DNA of 58,582 nt, counting the filler, from Jimgerdemannia flammicorona (lineage: Eukaryota), in NCBI GenBank assembly GCA_003990765.1. It is 3 parts of 3 records of this genome, joined end to end, with 100 filler letters (N's around TTAATTAATTAA, not from the genome) between each part and the next. Parts side by side here need not be neighbours in the genome. Positions count along the whole stretch, not along the records: positions 19,564 to 39,026 come from RBNJ01001934.1; 2 more parts are not named here. One strand, written 5' to 3'. Numbering within the stretch: position 1 is the first letter of the stretch; each line of letters starts with the position of its first letter. This document shows positions 24,810 to 38,510 of this stretch, piece after piece. The notes beneath the pieces are model-generated. The model searched no databases and had not been told where the DNA came from. It was given only the letters and a program-made list of their open reading frames with translations. Both the position numbers and the translations under genes were made by a program.

Positions 24810-25021
24810 TTTCTAAGATTCAAATTAAGTATTTGAATTAGATGTTTGAATCTAAAGATTCAAATCTAGTAATTCAAATTTAAAGATTCAAATTTGAAAA
24901 TTTGAATTAGAGTAGTTATAATTCAAATTGATCCAAATTGATCATATGATAAATTTGAACTATTTGAATCAGAAACCATTACAATTTAAACTAATTTGAA
25001 CTAACTTATTCAGAGCACTAG
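24810..25021. mobile_element. MITE-like end with attcaaa repeats
   Basis: Ends in gagcacta like the hAT-type MITE. Confidence 0.45.
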
Positions 25022-25549
25022 TATGAAAAGACACCAAGTTTTAAGGATGCTTGAGTAGTAATAAGAAGCATATTTTCATATTAAAGAATAAAGAAACAAA
25101 TATGAAGAATATCTCTTTACTTACTTATATATGTGGATTTTGGTTTTGTTTTTGTTCATACATGTTCTTGCTATGAAAATGGAAAAAGGACTATTCAAGA
25201 CTAGTCAAGTGATTTTAACAAATTCGATAGTCAATTGGTCACGATTTTTTGAGCGGTGTTCTTCAAAGCCGAAAATGGCGGTTTTTTTTTTTTTTTTTTT
25301 TTTTTTTCTTCCTTCCGAAAATGGCGGTTTGTTATTTTGTTATTAATCAAAACAAGCTGACGCGTTGCCAGAATACGTGATTGGGTGGCGTACTGGACGA
25401 GTGACGGTTTGTCGTTGGTGGCGGAGAGACTAGTATATAAAAGATGAGGTTGAGAGCAGTATCCTAACAATTCAAGAACTTCTTGAGCAATAGTTCAGAA
25501 AAAAAAAACCCCCCTCATTCTACCCCTTCAACACTTCAAGAGGTCAATA

Positions 25550-26705
25550 ATGAAAGTGTGTATTCAAGGCCCCAAACACCCTCCCACCTACACTGCTGCC
25601 TCCCATCCCACAACACATCTAACTGTTCTCATCCCCTCCTCTTTTCCAGATCGGCATCCTCGGTTCTGGCAACGTTGGCCAAACTCTTGCCTCGGGCTTC
25701 CTCTCTGAAGGCCCCACGGTGATCCTGGGCACACGTGACTCGACCTCGGCCAAAATTGTCCAGTGGCTCCGCATCCAGACCGCGCCAGCGCAGCCTCCTA
25801 CGCCGACACCGCCGCCGGTGCCGAGCTCGTCGTCCTCGCGTCGCCGTCCGATTGGGCGGCTACCGAGGAAGTTATTCGTGCTGCCAGTGGCAGGGGCGCG
25901 CTTGACGGGAAGGTGCTGATTGATACGGTGAGTGCAACGGCTATCGAGTATCTCACCAAGGTCGAGCTGGTTATTGCGGGAAATGGTGAGTTGAGGGAGA
26001 GGGATGGGAAGGAATATTTATTGTTATTGTAATGAAAATAATCGCACTACTTTTGAACGCTTAATATCTCACGTCTCAATCGATTCTCAAACACAATCCC
26101 AACCTCCCCCCTCTCAAGACTCCGTCGGTGACTTTTCTTCCACTTCCAACTGTCCCTCTTAGGATTCGACCGCAAATCCTCTCCCATCCACACAACCCAG
26201 TGCCTAACTCTCACCCCTTCAACAGGTCCAATCTCTGCTCCGCAATACCCACGTAGTCAAGATGTTCAATGCCATCGGCCTCGACCACTTCTACAAACCC
26301 AAGGGGCCTGCTGGTAAGCCTTCTTCCACACTTTCTTCTTGCGCCTTTCAGCTTCAACTCGTACTGAAAACTCCCTTTTTCACATAGACATGTTTATCTG
26401 CGGTAACGATGCCGTGGCTAAGAAGACGGCCACGGAGATTGCCCTCGCCTTCGGTTACCCTCGCGTCATTGACGTCGGTGGCATCCAATCCTCTAGGTTT
26501 CTCGAGCCACTCGGAGCCCTTTGGGTGGTACGTATTCGTTATTCATGCACAGTGGTTTTTTGGTTAGGATATACCCATGATCGGGGGAAATTGTTTTACT
26601 GCATTGTTAACGTACGCTCCTGTCACGACATTACGAATACAGGTCCACGCCTTCCGCGGCCAGACCCGTAGGCACGCCTGGAAGCTCATTGATATGGACG
26701 AGTAA
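25550..26705 (+). pseudogene. NAD(P)-binding oxidoreductase (F420_oxidored/COG2085-like), copy 1, frameshifted
   Basis: MK|IGILGSGNVGQTLA Rossmann motif, VVKMFNAIG, DMFICGND...AK, RFLEPLGALW; 10-bp deletion near 25769 and loss of the gagagggtaag donor region relative to copy 2. Confidence 0.85.
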
Positions 26706-28349
26706 GCCTGTGGCATCGATCCACTCACGCATGGGGCACGTTTCGTGGCTTCCATGACATGATCCCGCTGACGGCGCAATCTTTTTTATCCTGTGCCCGC
26801 ATGAAGGACGAATTATTATTATCTGTATGATGAATCTCTTGTATTCACCATGTATGCGCGGACGTGAGCGACCTCTCTTCACGTTACCTCTCATATGAAT
26901 CCAGAGATAGGTTGTTATTCATGAATATTGGAATAACCCCAGAAAACCCAATCGTGGTCGCAAGGTACAAGCAAGCGTGTTCAATTTCGCCGCAAACCAC
27001 ATCATTTTATTGCATTTATGTAATTCCATTGTTTGTCTCCTGCATTCCGTGTCTCCTGCATTCGTCGTCTGCACACTGCCGCACCGAGAGGATTGGGGGG
27101 TCGGACAGAGGAAGGAGGAAGGCCAGAATAGGACCAATCTTTCAACATATCATCCATGCTCTCTCAGAAGACACTTCTCGAATCTGTCGGAAGGAGAGAT
27201 ACACCTTCGTTCGGGCATCCACTGGTGAAGAGAGAAAAGTTTGTAATATTCATAGCAGCAAATAAGTCCCTTCCAACTCACGCCCTCCCCGCCAACCATT
27301 CATCCAACTAACGAAACATATTCTTCTCCCCTTTTTCCAAGATAAGTCGCGTATATACAACCCTTACCGTCTATACAATGCTTACCGTGTCACCCGGCGG
27401 CTAACACTTCAGCTTGATGCACTAGTATCGTACATAGTTCACATCGAGGGGTAAAAAAAAAAAAAAATAAAAATAAAAAAATTGCATCCCCAACAAAACT
27501 CTTCTACCGGCACCGCCAAAAAGAGCAAAGTATAGCCCATTGACCTCTTATAACCATAATCCCATTCCACGTCGAGAGGTATATACTTAACAAAAAAAAA
27601 AAAAAAGAAGCGGTTGTGGCAACCTGAATTTTGTGTAGCTGCACACTGCGATGGCTTCTCGGAAATTGCTGGACAAGCGTAAGTACTGAAAGGGGACGCC
27701 GTGGCATGATGGACTAGTGGCAAACGGCTTCTCGGATTCAATAGAAAAGCCGATCGTACGGTGAGATAAAAGCAGAAAAGGAGGTGCATCAGTAACTTCT
27801 TGATATTGTGTGTCAGTAGTTTTTTAGGCGCTAGCATTTTTTTTTTGGTACAATAGGACATCAAAATAGATCTGGATGCGGGGTTGCTTTCCGACTCCAT
27901 CAACATCGGTTCTCAATTTTATGGTGCCAACCCTTCCCCGCAAGTGAAGTATATATCCATCCTCTCCTTTCTTGTTTTACATTCGCCACCGTTTTTGTTT
28001 TCTTGGGTAACGACCACCCGAGAATAGAGAAACAAAAACCACACAAGTCCATTCACGTAGCACGTGCAACACCCTTCTCTCGCGACAGCGCTTGAGTTCC
28101 GACCGATTTGTAAGATATCACTACTCCGAAGATCGGTACTCTTCAAATCCGCAAAAAAAAAAATAAAAATAGCGCCATTCGGAGGGGTAAAAACTGATTA
28201 CGCCCACCCAACCTTGATTGGGTGGCGTATTGGATGAGTGACGGTTTGTCGTTGGCGGAAAGACTAGCACCCTGGTTGAAAAATATAAAAGCAATAGTTC
28301 AGAAAAAAAAACCCTCATTCTACCTTTCCAACACTTCAAGAGATCAATT

Positions 28350-29514
28350 ATGAAAGTATGTACTCGAGCCCCCAAACACCCTCCCACCCACACTGCCGCC
28401 TCCCGTCCTACGACACATCTAACCATTCCCATCCCCTCCTCTTTTCCAGATCGGCATCCTCGGTTCCGGCAACGTTGGCCAAACTCTTGCCTCAGGCTTC
28501 CTCTCTGAAGGCCACACGGTGGTCCTGGGTACACGTGATCCGACCTCGGCTAAAATTGTCCAGTGGCTCAAGTCGGCTCCGCATCCAGACCGCTCCAGCG
28601 CAACCTCCTACGCCGACACCGCCGCTGGTGCCGAGCTCGTCGTCCTCGCGTCGCCGTCCGATTGGGCGGCTACCGAGGAAGTTATTCGTGCTGCCAGTGG
28701 CGGGGGCGCGCTTGACGGGAAGGTGCTAATTGATACGGTGAATGCAACGGTCGTCGAGTATCCAAAGGTCGAGCTAGTTATTGCGGGAAATGGTGAGTTG
28801 AGGGAGAGGGATGGGAAGGAATATTTATTGTTATTTGTAATGAAAATAATCGCACTACTTTTGAACGCTCAATATCTTACGTCTCAATCGATTCTCAAAC
28901 ACAATCCCAACCTCCCCCCTCTCAAGACTCCGTCGGTGAGAGGGTAAGCTTTTCTTCCACTTCCAACTGTCCCTTTTAGGATTCGACCGCAAATCCTCTC
29001 CCATCCTCACAACCCAGAGCTTAACTCTCATCACTTCCACAGGTCCAATCTCTGCTCCCCAATACCCACGTAGTCAAGATGTTCAATACCATCGGTCTCG
29101 ATCACTTCTACAAACCCAAGGGGCCTGCTGGTAAGCGCCCTCCTTCCACACTTTCTTCTTGCGCCTTTCAGCTTCAACTTGTACTGAAAACTCCTTTTTC
29201 CACATAGACATGTTCATCTGCGGTAACGATGCCGTGGCTAAGGTGACGGCCACGGAGATTGCCCTCGCCTTCGGTTACCCTCGCGTCATCGACACCGGTG
29301 ATATCCAATCCTCTAGGTTTCTCGAGTCACTCGGAGCCCTTTGGGTGGTACGTATTCGTTATTCATGCACAGTGGTTTTTTGATTAGGATATACCCATGA
29401 TCAGAGGAAATTGTTTTAACGTACGCTTCTGTCACGACATTACGAATATAGGTCCACGCCCTCCGCGGCCAGACCCGCAGGCACGCCTGGAAGCTCATTG
29501 ATTTGGACGAGTAA
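28350..29514 (+). CDS. NAD(P)-binding oxidoreductase (F420_oxidored/COG2085-like), copy 2, about 6 exons, possibly damaged
   Basis: GT-AG spliced reading MK|IGILGSGNVG...GKVLIDT|..DSVGER|VQSLLPNTHVVKMFNTIG..PA|DMFICGND..LWV|VHALRG..HAWKLIDLDE*; the expected NP-containing segment after DT could not be placed in frame. Confidence 0.75.
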
Positions 29515-30282
29515 GCCCACGCATGGGACACGTTTCGTGGCTTCCATGACATAATCCCGCTGACGGCGCAATCTTTTTTATCCTGTGCCCGCATGAAGGA
29601 CGAATTATTATTATCTGTATGATGAATCTCTTGTATGCGCGGACGTGAGGGACCTCCTTTCACGTTACCTCTCATATGAATCCAAAGATAGGTTGTTATT
29701 CATGAATATTGGAATAAACCCAGAAAACCCAATCGTGGTCGCAAGGTGCAAGCAAGTGTATTCGTACTCATTGAAGAAATTTCGCCGCAAACCACATCAT
29801 TTTATTACATTTACGTAATTTCATTGTTTGTCTCCTGCATTCCATCGTCTGCACACTGCTGCACCGGGAGGGTTGGGAGGTTGAACAGGGGAAAAAGGAA
29901 GGCCAGAATAGAACCATATCATTCATGCTCTCTCGCAGAAGACACTTGTCGAATCTGTCGGAGGGAGAAATACACCTCCTTTCGGGCACCCGTTGGGGAA
30001 GAGAGAAAAGTTTGTAATGTTCATAGCAACAAATATACCCCCTTTCAACTCACGCCCTCCCCACGTCCTCCATCCAACTAACGAAACATATTCTTCTCTC
30101 CCTTTTTCCAAGATAAGTCGCGTATATACAACCCACCGTCTATACAATGCTTACCGAGTCATCCGACGGCGAATACTTTAGCTTGATGCAATGACAGGCC
30201 AGATGTTTTTTTTCTTTTTCTTTTTTTGGGTAGTGTGCCAATGTCGTACATAATTCACATTGAAGGGTACTCACTTTTCTAT

Positions 30283-30332
<50 letters not shown>

Positions 30333-32239
30333 CATCCCCAATGAAACCCCTTCTGCCAGCACCGCAAAAAGAGCAAACTAAGGCCCACTGAGAGCGTCAC
30401 AGCTTCTTATAAGCATAACCCCGTTTCCATGTCGATAGGTACTCATTTTTTTCAGCAAAAATGTAGAGGCGCCTGAATTTTGTGATTTACTACGGCATCA
30501 TCTCGTATTAATATCTCATCTCGGAAATTGCTGGATAAGCGCAAGTATTGAGAAGGTGGGGAGGGTACCCCGTGGTATATGGGATAATGACAACTGGAAA
30601 AATTGGCTTCTCGGGTTCAATATGGGCACAATAGAACATCGAAATATATCTCACCGTCTTAATACGTCGACAATGAGAAATCAGTCCTGTAAGGAAATAT
30701 TTTACGTTTGCGCCGGCAGCGCCTCAACGAATTCCATCGCACATTTCCTTGCTTTGACACAAGCATTCGCGCCGAATCGGAACAAACGACCTACCCAACG
30801 CTCATGCTATCAAGCACATGACTGTTTTGATGACATGTCATGGCCCCAGGATTTGGCAGCACACACTTTTGAGATTTATAGATGCACCAACCCTTTATCG
30901 CAAGTGAAATATACGACGTCATCAATAAATTTCCTTTATTTGTCGCATGATAATCCGAGTTAAATTTATTCCAAAACGTCGAGGTCAAACAAACCAAGTA
31001 TTTGTCGTAGGTATTGAAAAAGGAAAAGGAAAAAAAAGAAAAAGAGAGATGTATTTGGTTGGTGTACCTTGGGTCTTGCTCGATTGTGTAGACCGGACCG
31101 AGGGTAATTGATACCGTGTTCGACATGAGGGTGAGAGGAGTATGTGATGTTTGAAACACCAGTCTTCATTTTGGCACCCCACACAAATGTTCAAACTTCT
31201 CCGCTTCATCGCTCGCATTACATCTTGATGCCGTCAGTAACTTTCTCGCCTCTGCTCGCATGTCCTGTCCTGCCGATGCCGCCCGCATCATCAGCGAGCG
31301 AGTCGAAGAATTATGAGTCGAAGTTTACAAATGACTCCTTTTATACGGTTTATACGAAAGACCTCCTTCAGGGATTGTCAACCTATAAAAGGGCAGCGCG
31401 CGCCCTTTAAATGGCAGCAAATAGCTGGTATTAAATGAGACGTGACGTCGCCATACTCTGTTCTCCTCACCCGCCGACACCCAAACGGAAAGTGAACTGG
31501 AGGCAGGCATCGGCTGTGGGTTTTTTGCGTAAATTCGTTGGTAAACTGCGCGTAACAGTTTCCGTGTGATGTTGGATGGACCCTGGAATGCGTGCACACG
31601 CCTGACGGTGGTGTGGCGAACAAGGGGTCAAAGAACCTTCGCTTGTAGCGGCGCAATGCCCCAGCGAGCAGTGCTATCGAGCACGTAGAAAGTGCAACAG
31701 CGAACTGACTGGCATGACAGAGGGCAGCAATCATGCGCCGAACTCATCCTTCGCCACAACAACAAAGCATGAGGAATCGTTAACGTAACTGAATCCCTGG
31801 TTTACCTTTCTATTTTCCTTCTCTACGCACGCCTCACAAATTTTAGCTCCAGGCTCTCAAACATCTGTCGCCAAGCACACAGGAAACCGAAATAATAAAT
31901 GTCGCTAGGGCTTTCGAGGGGCAAATATTTGGCAGGAGTAGTTCAAAGGTATTCAGGGATTACCATTCAAACTCTGCATCTCATTTCGAGCTCCACACAT
32001 ATGGGCATGCGCAATCAAAAGGCGACTTGGAGCTCATTATAACATAATAAATTTGCGACTTTTCAATCGTATGACTAATGCATCCGGTTATTTACGAATT
32101 CCGTTTATGTAACTACAGAGAGAATACCTGACTTTATATTCTCGTAAATTCAACGGCAACTTGTGATCTAAGCGAACCAGCAGAATCAGGCGGGATTAGG
32201 TGTTACCACGGCTGGTGGACTTGCGACTTATAGCGGGCA

Positions 32240-33140
32240 ACAATGGCGGTCCGAGCAACCTCCTCAGCAACAATCATTAATACGACCTCCACAACAACAG
32301 CAGTTGCAACGACAACAGCAGCAGCAGAGCGCTGGTATGCAGCAACAGGTGGGTTCACACTGCTGCAATATTCATTTTGACGTACGATAGGGATCAGGTC
32401 TTGGGGACGGTTCTGACGATCCTTCTTCCGATTAAAAATTGAAGGCCCGACTCCGTCCGCAGATGATGGCGGCCTGACAGCAACAGCAGCAGCGTCTGTT
32501 AACCAGTCAACAACAACAAGCTATGGCGAGGCAGCTTCTAAGCGTGAGGAGTCCTTCAACAACTTCAACAACGGCAGCAGCAGGCTGCGGCCTCCGGCGG
32601 TGGGCAAGGTCCTCAACAACAAACTGTCGCCTTGTAGAATCTGAACCAATCGAGGCAGTTTGACCGGCACCCCACCCAAGGACAACTCCAATCTCTTATC
32701 CAGCGTCAACAAATCGTCGCACAATAGCAGCAGCAGCAAGCCGTCGCTGCCCAGAACGCCAGCAACGCACCGCAGAACCCGGCCAATTTCCTCGTCAACT
32801 GCCCCGCGGCGCCACAACCCGCCATGCGTCCGCAGATTTCTCTCGGTGGCGTTGACGCATCCTCCGCAATCAACTCCCCGGCCATGATCCCTTCTCCACA
32901 GCAACGACGACCGTAGGCCCTTTTCTGGCCGGGACCGTCCCCCTGCCCAACAGAGGATGGCGATGGTCCCCCATCAGCAGCTTCAGATGCAGCAACAGAC
33001 CCAGTAGCAGCAACAGGCGCAGGTCACACAGCTCCAGGCGCAACAGGCTCAGCAGCAAGATCCAGGTAGCATTGGGTTGCACACGCAACAGGGACAGCAG
33101 GGCTCTGCGGTACGACCGCATTCTCAGCCGCAGTTCAGGC
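32240..33140 (+). pseudogene. Glutamine-rich protein fragment (coactivator-like low complexity)
   Basis: CAG/CAA runs, one GT..AG intron near 32349, several stops and frameshifts. Confidence 0.55.
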
Positions 33141-33529
33141 GGTTCACGGGATGGATAAAAATATTGTGGCTAATCGTGGTTAGTATTTGATTTGTCAAGT
33201 CTAGGTGGCGCTTGCAGTCATTTGGAAATAATATGTTGAAAAAATAAAACACTTGAGTTATAACATTTATTACATCTTCCACTCTTCATACTCCCAATAC
33301 TGAACGCTATACTTTGCTCTGGCTTGTCAGAGTCAAAACCAATCCGATCGAAGGTTTAAGAAAGAAAAAACAGTAATCCACGAACAAGTAATCAGATGCA
33401 GACAGAAGCTCATAGAGATATTTCCTCCGGGTCAAGAATCAAATAGGCGGTCAGAGTCAACCTTTGCCTGGTGCGAGCCCGGCCAAGGCCTTTGCGTTTG
33501 TCTGCTGCCGGGCAACCTGCCTCGCGATG

Positions 33530-33835
33530 ACGACTTGATCCGAGTACATTTGAGTACATTTTCTGGAGCCGGGCCTTCTGCACTGGGTTCAGAAGCGTTT
33601 TACCTAGATTCGCTTGCTGAAGGAGATGTTGTACTTGGAGTGCCCTGGGGGACAAAGCGTGGGCGATCTGTGGGGCGATAGCGGCTTGGACGGCTTGTTG
33701 CTGTGAGAGAGGCCGGAAAATAGGGGTCTGATCTGCGCGGCGGACTGGGCGGGTTGCAACGGTTGCACGCTAGCTAGGACGGGTGAGCCGGTAAGATCGA
33801 CGGTGACGGGGATACCAGTGCCGGATAAGGGCGTG
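33530..33835 (-). pseudogene. Q/P-rich gene fragment, inverted paralog of 38355-38510
   Basis: Shared sequence (PVTVDLTGSPV..VQPLQPAQ..QAVQAAIA..PQIA). Confidence 0.55.
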
Positions 33836-34429
33836 CTGTTATCTCCAGGGACAAAGGATTTCTGAGATCTCCAAAGGCACGTGCTTCATGGCGTTGATTT
33901 CCTGTACCACTTCCATGGTTTTTTTTTTTTTTCGGCCATGGCCGTGGGGCCAACAAAATTCGCGACAGCAGCAACAGCCACGCGTGCTGGATTTCACCCT
34001 CACCTTCACGGTTGCGCTACAATTCTCCAGCTGAGAGAAACAGCTCAAGCTAGGCTTCGGCAGCCTGATAGTCGAGACCAACAGCTGAGCATGCCTGCTC
34101 AATTTCGCGTACTGGGAAACTGGGAAGGTTTGTATCAGCTATAATTGTTAGCTAATCAGCACGTTTTGGAAATGTCTCCCGCGATATTAATATGCTCATC
34201 TTCATTCTCGTGCCCAATAATAAGCGAAAGCGAGGTTCGTCATTTTCATCTTCCGACACCTCCTATAGTACAAGCCTGAAGATCAATACGAGCCCACTAA
34301 ACATGAAACCGAAAGATTGCAGTATCCAACTCTCTTTTATAAAAATTCTCGCCACCGCCCCTCCGCTTCTTCCCAACCAACATTCAACATATAATATGAC
34401 CGAATTATTATCCAATATGTCACCCACAT

Positions 34430-34615
34430 GAAACGCGCTCCCGCTACCGTACAGAAAATGATGCCTACACAATGGCCCAGGCTCAGGTGCAGCAGGCCCA
34501 AGCTCAAGCCCAGGCACAGCAGCAACAGCAGCAACAGTAGCAATAACATTATCAGGTCCAGAGCCAAATGCAGACTGTTCGGGGACATGCATCAGCCAAG
34601 CACTACGAAGGTTCG
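34430..34615 (+). pseudogene. Q/A-rich exon fragment
   Basis: MAQAQVQQAQAQAQAQQQQQQQ*Q* reading. Confidence 0.4.
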
Positions 34616-34622
34616 TGCTCGA

Positions 34623-34695
<73 letters not shown>

Positions 34696-35390
34696 CGCTT
34701 CATGGTGATGCTTACTCTCAATATTTCTCCAATTTCTACAGCCGAGAAAGATACTAGGAGGGTTTGAGCTGGAGACTAAAAAGGAAGCTGGGTTTTGATA
34801 AGCTAGTCTTTTCAGTTCGTCTTGACTTCTGTCTTTCTTTCGTCTGGGACATGACCTCTCTGTAGATAGATTTCCGTCTGAACATTTTCTGGTCGGGATA
34901 TCATGTTTTGAAAATTTACCTTCCCAGCTCCTCAGTAGCCCCCTCTTTGTGGAGAGAGAAAGGAGGGAGACGAGAATAGAAACCTTTCAATGTATCACCC
35001 AACACCTTAGGCACTTCTCGAATCTGTCGGAGGGAGAGATAGTCATCTATTGAGGCACCAGGCCAGAAATCTTCGTAATTATAACAGCAAATAAGCCTCC
35101 AATTCACGCATTCTCCATATCCATCCAACAACGAATTCTCCCCCCCTTTTTTCGGGGACGCCGTGTTCGTTACCTTTCGAAGGGCCGTCCAAAAGCATTT
35201 CGTCGCCCCTGTTTCCCTGCGTGTGCGACTCTCCCCTTTGGTCTATCTGCTTTTCACGAAGCTTCGCTTCCTCTCCCTTCCTCATTGACGTATCAAAACT
35301 CCGCCTCGTTACACCTATTATGTAAATGGGGCGCAATTTTTCTAACCAAATGTGGGTTTCACCCAGCGAAATATGGTTATTCATCGCAAT

Positions 35391-36713
35391 ATGGATCATC
35401 AGTTTAAAGATCTTTGCGAGCTCATTATAAATGCTTGCAAACTTTCAAATGACCTCCCGCCACCTCCTCCACCACCCGTTGCACATACACTACGAACGCT
35501 CCTCACATCACGTCAGCCGTACCTCACCTCCTTGACACTGGCAACTAAATGGACCCCCCCACTTCATTACTCAGTCGCCTCCCATCTGTCCATCATCGCA
35601 GGACACCCTTTCCGGATACAAATCATACAGATCGCATTCTTCGGATATACCTTGAGCGCCTTGGTGCCCTGCATCTTGCGGGCTTCCTGGTTTGGTTCCC
35701 GTATGACCAGTTTACAGACGTGACTTGTATAAGCAAGGATGGAACTCACGAAAAGGTGTATAGGGGGACGATCGCGTCTGAGGGGGACTCAAACAGGCAA
35801 GAAGCACCAAAATGGACACTGAGGTATGAATCCTGCGTTTATGAATTACGATGATGATGTTGATTTGGCAAGATTTATTATATATTAACCAAATGTCAAA
35901 TAGTTGGTGCTGAACGTCTGCCTGACCACCTATGGCGATAGCCCTACTGTTCCCCTCGTCGGCCTCTCTCAGCATCCAGAAGACACCCATGGCTATTTGA
36001 TGGTCTTCGACTACGCTCAGTATGGCACGCTTGAAGAAACCCGTCTACAGGATCCCTACGACTGGTACCGTGTTGCGCAGATTTCCTCACGCCTTGCCCG
36101 ACGACTAGCCGACCTCCACAAATTTGGCTACGCCCATCATGACCTACACCCAGGTAACATCATGTACGTGGCAATAGATGAACCACGCTTAATCGATCTC
36201 GCCCTTGCCACCCCCATGGAAGATACCATCACCCAAACCAGCAACTGTGGCTGTGAAAAATACCTTTCACCCGAGTTCTTCTCCGAAAGCAAACAGACCT
36301 CAGCGTCGGACATCTACAGCTTCGCCACACTACTCTGGCAGTTAGTCACTGGTGTCCCACCAAGAGGGGACTCGTCCAACGCCCCGAATGGCCGACGCGA
36401 GCGCATGATCCCCGGTTCACCGCGTGAATTCAAGGAGGTTCTCAGAGATTGCTGGTCCCTGAATCCTCTCCTACGACCAAGCATGGAGCAAGTCTACGAG
36501 CGGTTATCGGGCTGGCATGATTCGTACAGGAGCGCAGCCGTCCCGTTCTCCCCGCAAACGACGGAGTTCATCGAGAAACTTCGGGCGGGCCGAGATCGGC
36601 GTTTCTGGAACGTGAGGAGTACGCTCACTCTCGCACCGTTCTTTGTCCATCTCGGTATACGAGTTCCAAAAATTATCAAGTCACTGCCGATTGGGACTCG
36701 TTCAACTTCATGA
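35391..36713 (+). CDS. Protein kinase-like gene (TKL-like type expanded in Mucoromycota); possibly pseudokinase or pseudogene
   Basis: WFPYDQF..ISKDG..VYRG; YLMVFDYAQYGTL; HHDLHPGNI; IDLALA; YLSPE; SDIYSFATLLWQLVTG; CWSLNPLLRPS. Intron ~35824-35903; apparent frameshift near 35555. Confidence 0.85.
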
Positions 36714-37553
36714 AGGGTTATCTGAAGCAGAAATCATAGAAGGGTTTCAATATGTTAATATTTATGCTATCACGAACTCTGCAACAATCAACCCCCATTA
36801 TGCCTCTTTCCTTTTTTTATGCAATCATGAACGATCAAACCTTCATTATGATATTATGCTTTTAACATTTTATGCAATCGAATGATCAAGGCTTTCCCTT
36901 TTAATAAAAATAAGCAATATGCGGTAAAGGATGCGCGAGCGAATATAAGCCCAACGGAAGCATGATTAATTGGGAACCCAATCCGCGAATTTATTACCCA
37001 ACCACTTAATACCTCCCCTCTTTCAACAATAATATTTAGTTTTGCTCATCGAATATTCATATTTAGTTTCCATGATATTTTGAGAACATTTTCCAAAAGT
37101 TTAGAAATCTATCTGTAATTCCTGCTACGTCCCTACCCCCCCTGCTCACGCTTTCTACAAAATGATGATTTATAAAAATCGCATTGTTCAACAAAGCTTG
37201 CAGCAACCCAGAGTAAAGGATGGAATAACGTTAAGCTAGGCTGCAGCAATTTTTTTTCAATTGAGAGTTTCAGACGCATTCCACTCTGACCCTTTTCAAA
37301 ATGCTTCGGTATTACTGTATCGCTACCACTGCCGTGCGGCTAGCCGCCTGTCGCCGTCGGTCCCATCAAACTCAAACCCCATTCCGCCACTCGCTTCTAT
37401 GTAATTTGCCCCATCGTCCACTGTGATCCACCATAGGTATTCTGCGAAATGTGAAATACATTTACCAATATGCCATCCCTGATGTGATTGAAAATACATA
37501 CAAGTGAGTTCGTGTTGTGAGGCAAGAAAAGTGGAGAGATACAAATTTGCATA

Positions 37554-37638
<85 letters not shown>

Positions 37639-37807
37639 TTTTTATATCTAGATTTAATATATGCCTTTAAAATAATTAAAAGATATATAGAGAATTTTAG
37701 AATTATAATTTTATTTATTTATAAAATATTTACTTAAAGAAATGACCATAAGAATACAGAATTATTTTATTTAAATTTTATTATAAGTAAAATTATATTA
37801 AAATATA

Positions 37808-37840
<33 letters not shown>

Positions 37841-37939
37841 AAACATAAAAAAAAAAAACCATTAAAGCTTTATTAAAAAAACCCCCAGTTTATTAACAAA
37901 TTAATAGTGGATGTTAATAATATTTTAAATTAAAATAAA

Positions 37940-38510
37940 TCGATGGAAGGTTTATCTGGGAAGAGAAAGCAGCAATCTACTAACAAGTAAAACAGATTAC
38001 CGAGATGTTCAAGGCACTCTTACGATGCCATGAAGCGTGGATACATGTTTCAAATCAGTTCGATGCTGGTCAAGAAGTCGGAGTCAATCTTTGCTCCCCA
38101 GACACGAATGCCCAGACTACGACAGTGCCTGCCGCTTCACACTATACAACAGGCAATGGCCTTTCAACAACGAGTGCATGAATTACGATAGCAACAGCAG
38201 CAGCTGTGCAGCAGTCCGTGGACCTCAAACCACGCAGATGGCTATTAAGCACGTACCTTTGGATTTGAAACTCCCTCCCACCAAGAAGCAAGCGAAGGGA
38301 CAGTCGCCCCAGTACAACAATCTCCGCGACGATGACGTTGCCGCTGGGGATGCCAAGCCCTATCCGGCGCTAGTATCCCCATCACTATCGACCTTACCGG
38401 CTCACCCGTCCCATCCAGCGTACAACCGTTGCAACCCGCGCAGGCCGCCGTGCACGTCACAAGCCGTCCAAGCCGCCATCGCCGCCGGTCTTGCCCCACA
38501 GATCGCCCGC
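37940..38510 (+). pseudogene. Q/P-rich gene fragment
   Basis: Similar to 33345-33480 (same strand) and 33650-33835 (opposite strand); contains TIDLTGSP. Confidence 0.5.

Larger units (their letters stand above)
25250..30620 (+). repeat. Tandem segmental duplication with ~2.8-kb period (~25250-27760 and ~28130-30620)
   Basis: Exons, introns and ~1 kb of downstream sequence align between the units. Confidence 0.92.

Noticed and set aside
30556..31734. Overlapping short ORFs in the CpG-rich region
   Set aside because: No recognisable motif or consistent exon structure; may be gene remnants but cannot be called.
34263..34721. Poly-Lys and poly-Phe ORFs (also 30140-30400, 37504-37737)
   Set aside because: Translations of homopolymer A/T runs.
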